From positions 54,996,001 to 55,060,000 of the forward strand of contig OZ249436.1 in assembly GCA_965235115.1 (NCBI GenBank): a DNA stretch of 64,000 bases, in the 5' to 3' direction. Of this stretch, positions 62,220-64,000 are shown piece after piece. Position 1 is the stretch's first letter. The number at the start of each line of letters is the position of its first letter. This DNA comes from Laetmonice hystrix (lineage: Eukaryota). The notes below the pieces were generated by a model. It had not been told where the DNA came from. It was given only the letters and a program-made list of their open reading frames with translations, and ran no database searches. Both the position numbers and the translations under genes were made by a program.

Positions 62220-62379
62220 AAAGGGGCTGATTCCAGAGGTCCGACCCCCCCCCCCTCCCTTTTTTGCCACCGGGTTTGCTTCTTTTTTTCAGCTTTCCAT
62301 TCTGGGCCCTCACCTTTGCCAGTGTTCCATGCATATTGGACTTCGCCCCCTGTTTTCCAAAACCCTGGATCCGCCTCTG
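62220..62379. mobile_element. Degenerate small MITE (hAT-like CAG.GGCGGATCCAG end)
   Basis: Right end CTGGATCCGCCTCTG and degenerate left end CAAGGGGCTGATTCCAG. Confidence 0.4.
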
Positions 62380-63409
62380 CATTCCGACGTTTTACCTCCT
62401 CAATCAAAACCTATCCATAGAAATGCTATCAAATTACAGGGCAGTGAAGCATTTGACATTTCCCTTAGAAAGAATCAAGACAACTCAGACATGGAATCTT
62501 AAAATCATATACATATGGAGTTGACAGCCCATTCGAATTGGGTTGGAAAAGACTAGTGAAATCATGGGCAGGACGAAGGGAGGGGGTTGCAGACAGACCT
62601 ATAATTCCATTTATCACGCGACCACGCCTGACAGTGGGTGTGACAGGCCCTGAACGACTTCAATCCAATACCCAACCCCCGGCCGCAGCACACCCCGCCA
62701 CCGTCATTTGTATTCCTCCGCCTGATGTGGCCCAGGTGAAGGATCCAGGGACCAAATACTCCCCCCCACCCCCACCCATGGCCCCAACCACCGCCTACCC
62801 GCTGTCCACTGGTTTACTCGAAGATCAATACCATAAAATACCCCAAACCGTTCTCTGGCCACTGCCTTGACCCTTCCAATATCAGATCAGTATTATAATC
62901 GGACAAAACTTTTCCCGATTATGTGCTCCAGCCACTATTTGAATCATGACTACCAGAAGTATTGGCGCGATAAGGATTTCATATTTCGCCAGATCTACAA
63001 ATGAAACTCGTTCAATCAGAAGACAAGTATTATGATAAGCAGGTCCATTGATCATCCTTGCATGCATACCTAGTGGCCATTGCTGTCACAGCTATAGCTA
63101 AACGTTGTTAAAAGGGCTTCTCGCTGACATGATAAAGTATGCTTTGTTTTAGGCCTAGACTGTGAATGCGATGGCCCTGACTGCCCTTTTAAAATCCCAA
63201 GGGTCCTCCCCCCGTGCGGGGATGGACACCACCGCCATGCCCTTCACACTCGTCTTTAAATCCGTAAATATTTCAACCTGTCACCAAAGATGTCACACCT
63301 AACAGATCCTGGGGGGTGGAGAGTCGTCTCCAGTCTGTGGTGACGGTATCAAAGTGAGGCCGCTGGGAGCGAACGCTGGACACGGACTTCCGTTTGACTC
63401 AGTGGCTCC

Positions 63410-63525
63410 CTGAACAAGGTGTTCCTCTGCGCCGACTTCCAAGATCTCTCTGAACAAGGTGTTCCTCTGCGCCGACTTCCAAGATCTCTCTAAACAAGGT
63501 GTTCCTCTGCGCCGACTTCCAAGAT
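63410..63525. repeat. 40-bp tandem repeat, ~3 copies
   Basis: Unit CTGAACAAGGTGTTCCTCTGCGCCGACTTCCAAGATCTCT. Confidence 0.93.
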
Positions 63526-64000
63526 ACCAACCACCAAATGGCCGGCACTTCACGGCGATTTGAGCTCCCATAATAGTTGTCTCCTAGGACCCTACATTTG
63601 TAAGGGCATTAAGAATTTGTCAGCTCTCCAACCAACCATGCTCAGTGACATGTTCAAATTACACATCGCCCGGGCCGGCTCAGGAGTTTCGTTTCGAATA
63701 TGCATGACCTTGATTTGCTCATTAAGAGGCATCCAACTGAGCTAATGCACTACGTATAAGGTTTTACCTTTGTGAGATAAGGCATCATGTGCATGGAAGT
63801 ATGGGCTTTCTCTCCGTCGTTACGGTATTGTTCACACCGTGTTACTCCTTACATTGTTTATGATCAGTCCAGCTCAGCTGGGATGTAAGCCAAGTTGAGC
63901 TCAGATCGACTCAGATCAGCTCAGATTTACTTTGGTGTTTTCCCTAAAGACAAAATCCCATAATCGCCGTACATAGCGAATTGTCGAGAACAAAATTCAG

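Noticed and set aside
4746..63525. Regular 21-59-bp arrays resembling CRISPR
   Set aside because: Units are contiguous with no unique spacers, there are no cas genes, and the context is eukaryotic.

Overview
This is animal genomic DNA. It is repeat-rich, shows GT-AG splice signals and CTCF-like motifs, and has no operons, rRNA, tRNA or CRISPR. A marine invertebrate is my guess from composition only. No intact protein-coding gene is supportable, and almost all ORFs in the track are chance frames or translations of tandem repeats. The window reads best as a very large intronic or 5' region of a minus-strand gene. The evidence is a near-consensus zero-length AG|GT recursive-splice-type site at 30402/30403, a 24-nt microexon candidate at 16512-16535 and a possible first exon ending at 2886. 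The rest is a dense DNA-transposon landscape: a 2.35-kb foldback element (Sola2-like), a decayed 1.8-kb ISL2EU-like element with THAP/HTH/DDE remnants, TTAA-flanked Kolobok-like MITEs, Harbinger-like MITEs and two nested stacks. There are about 11 minisatellite arrays and one clear templated-insertion scar. All family assignments were made by eye and need database confirmation.
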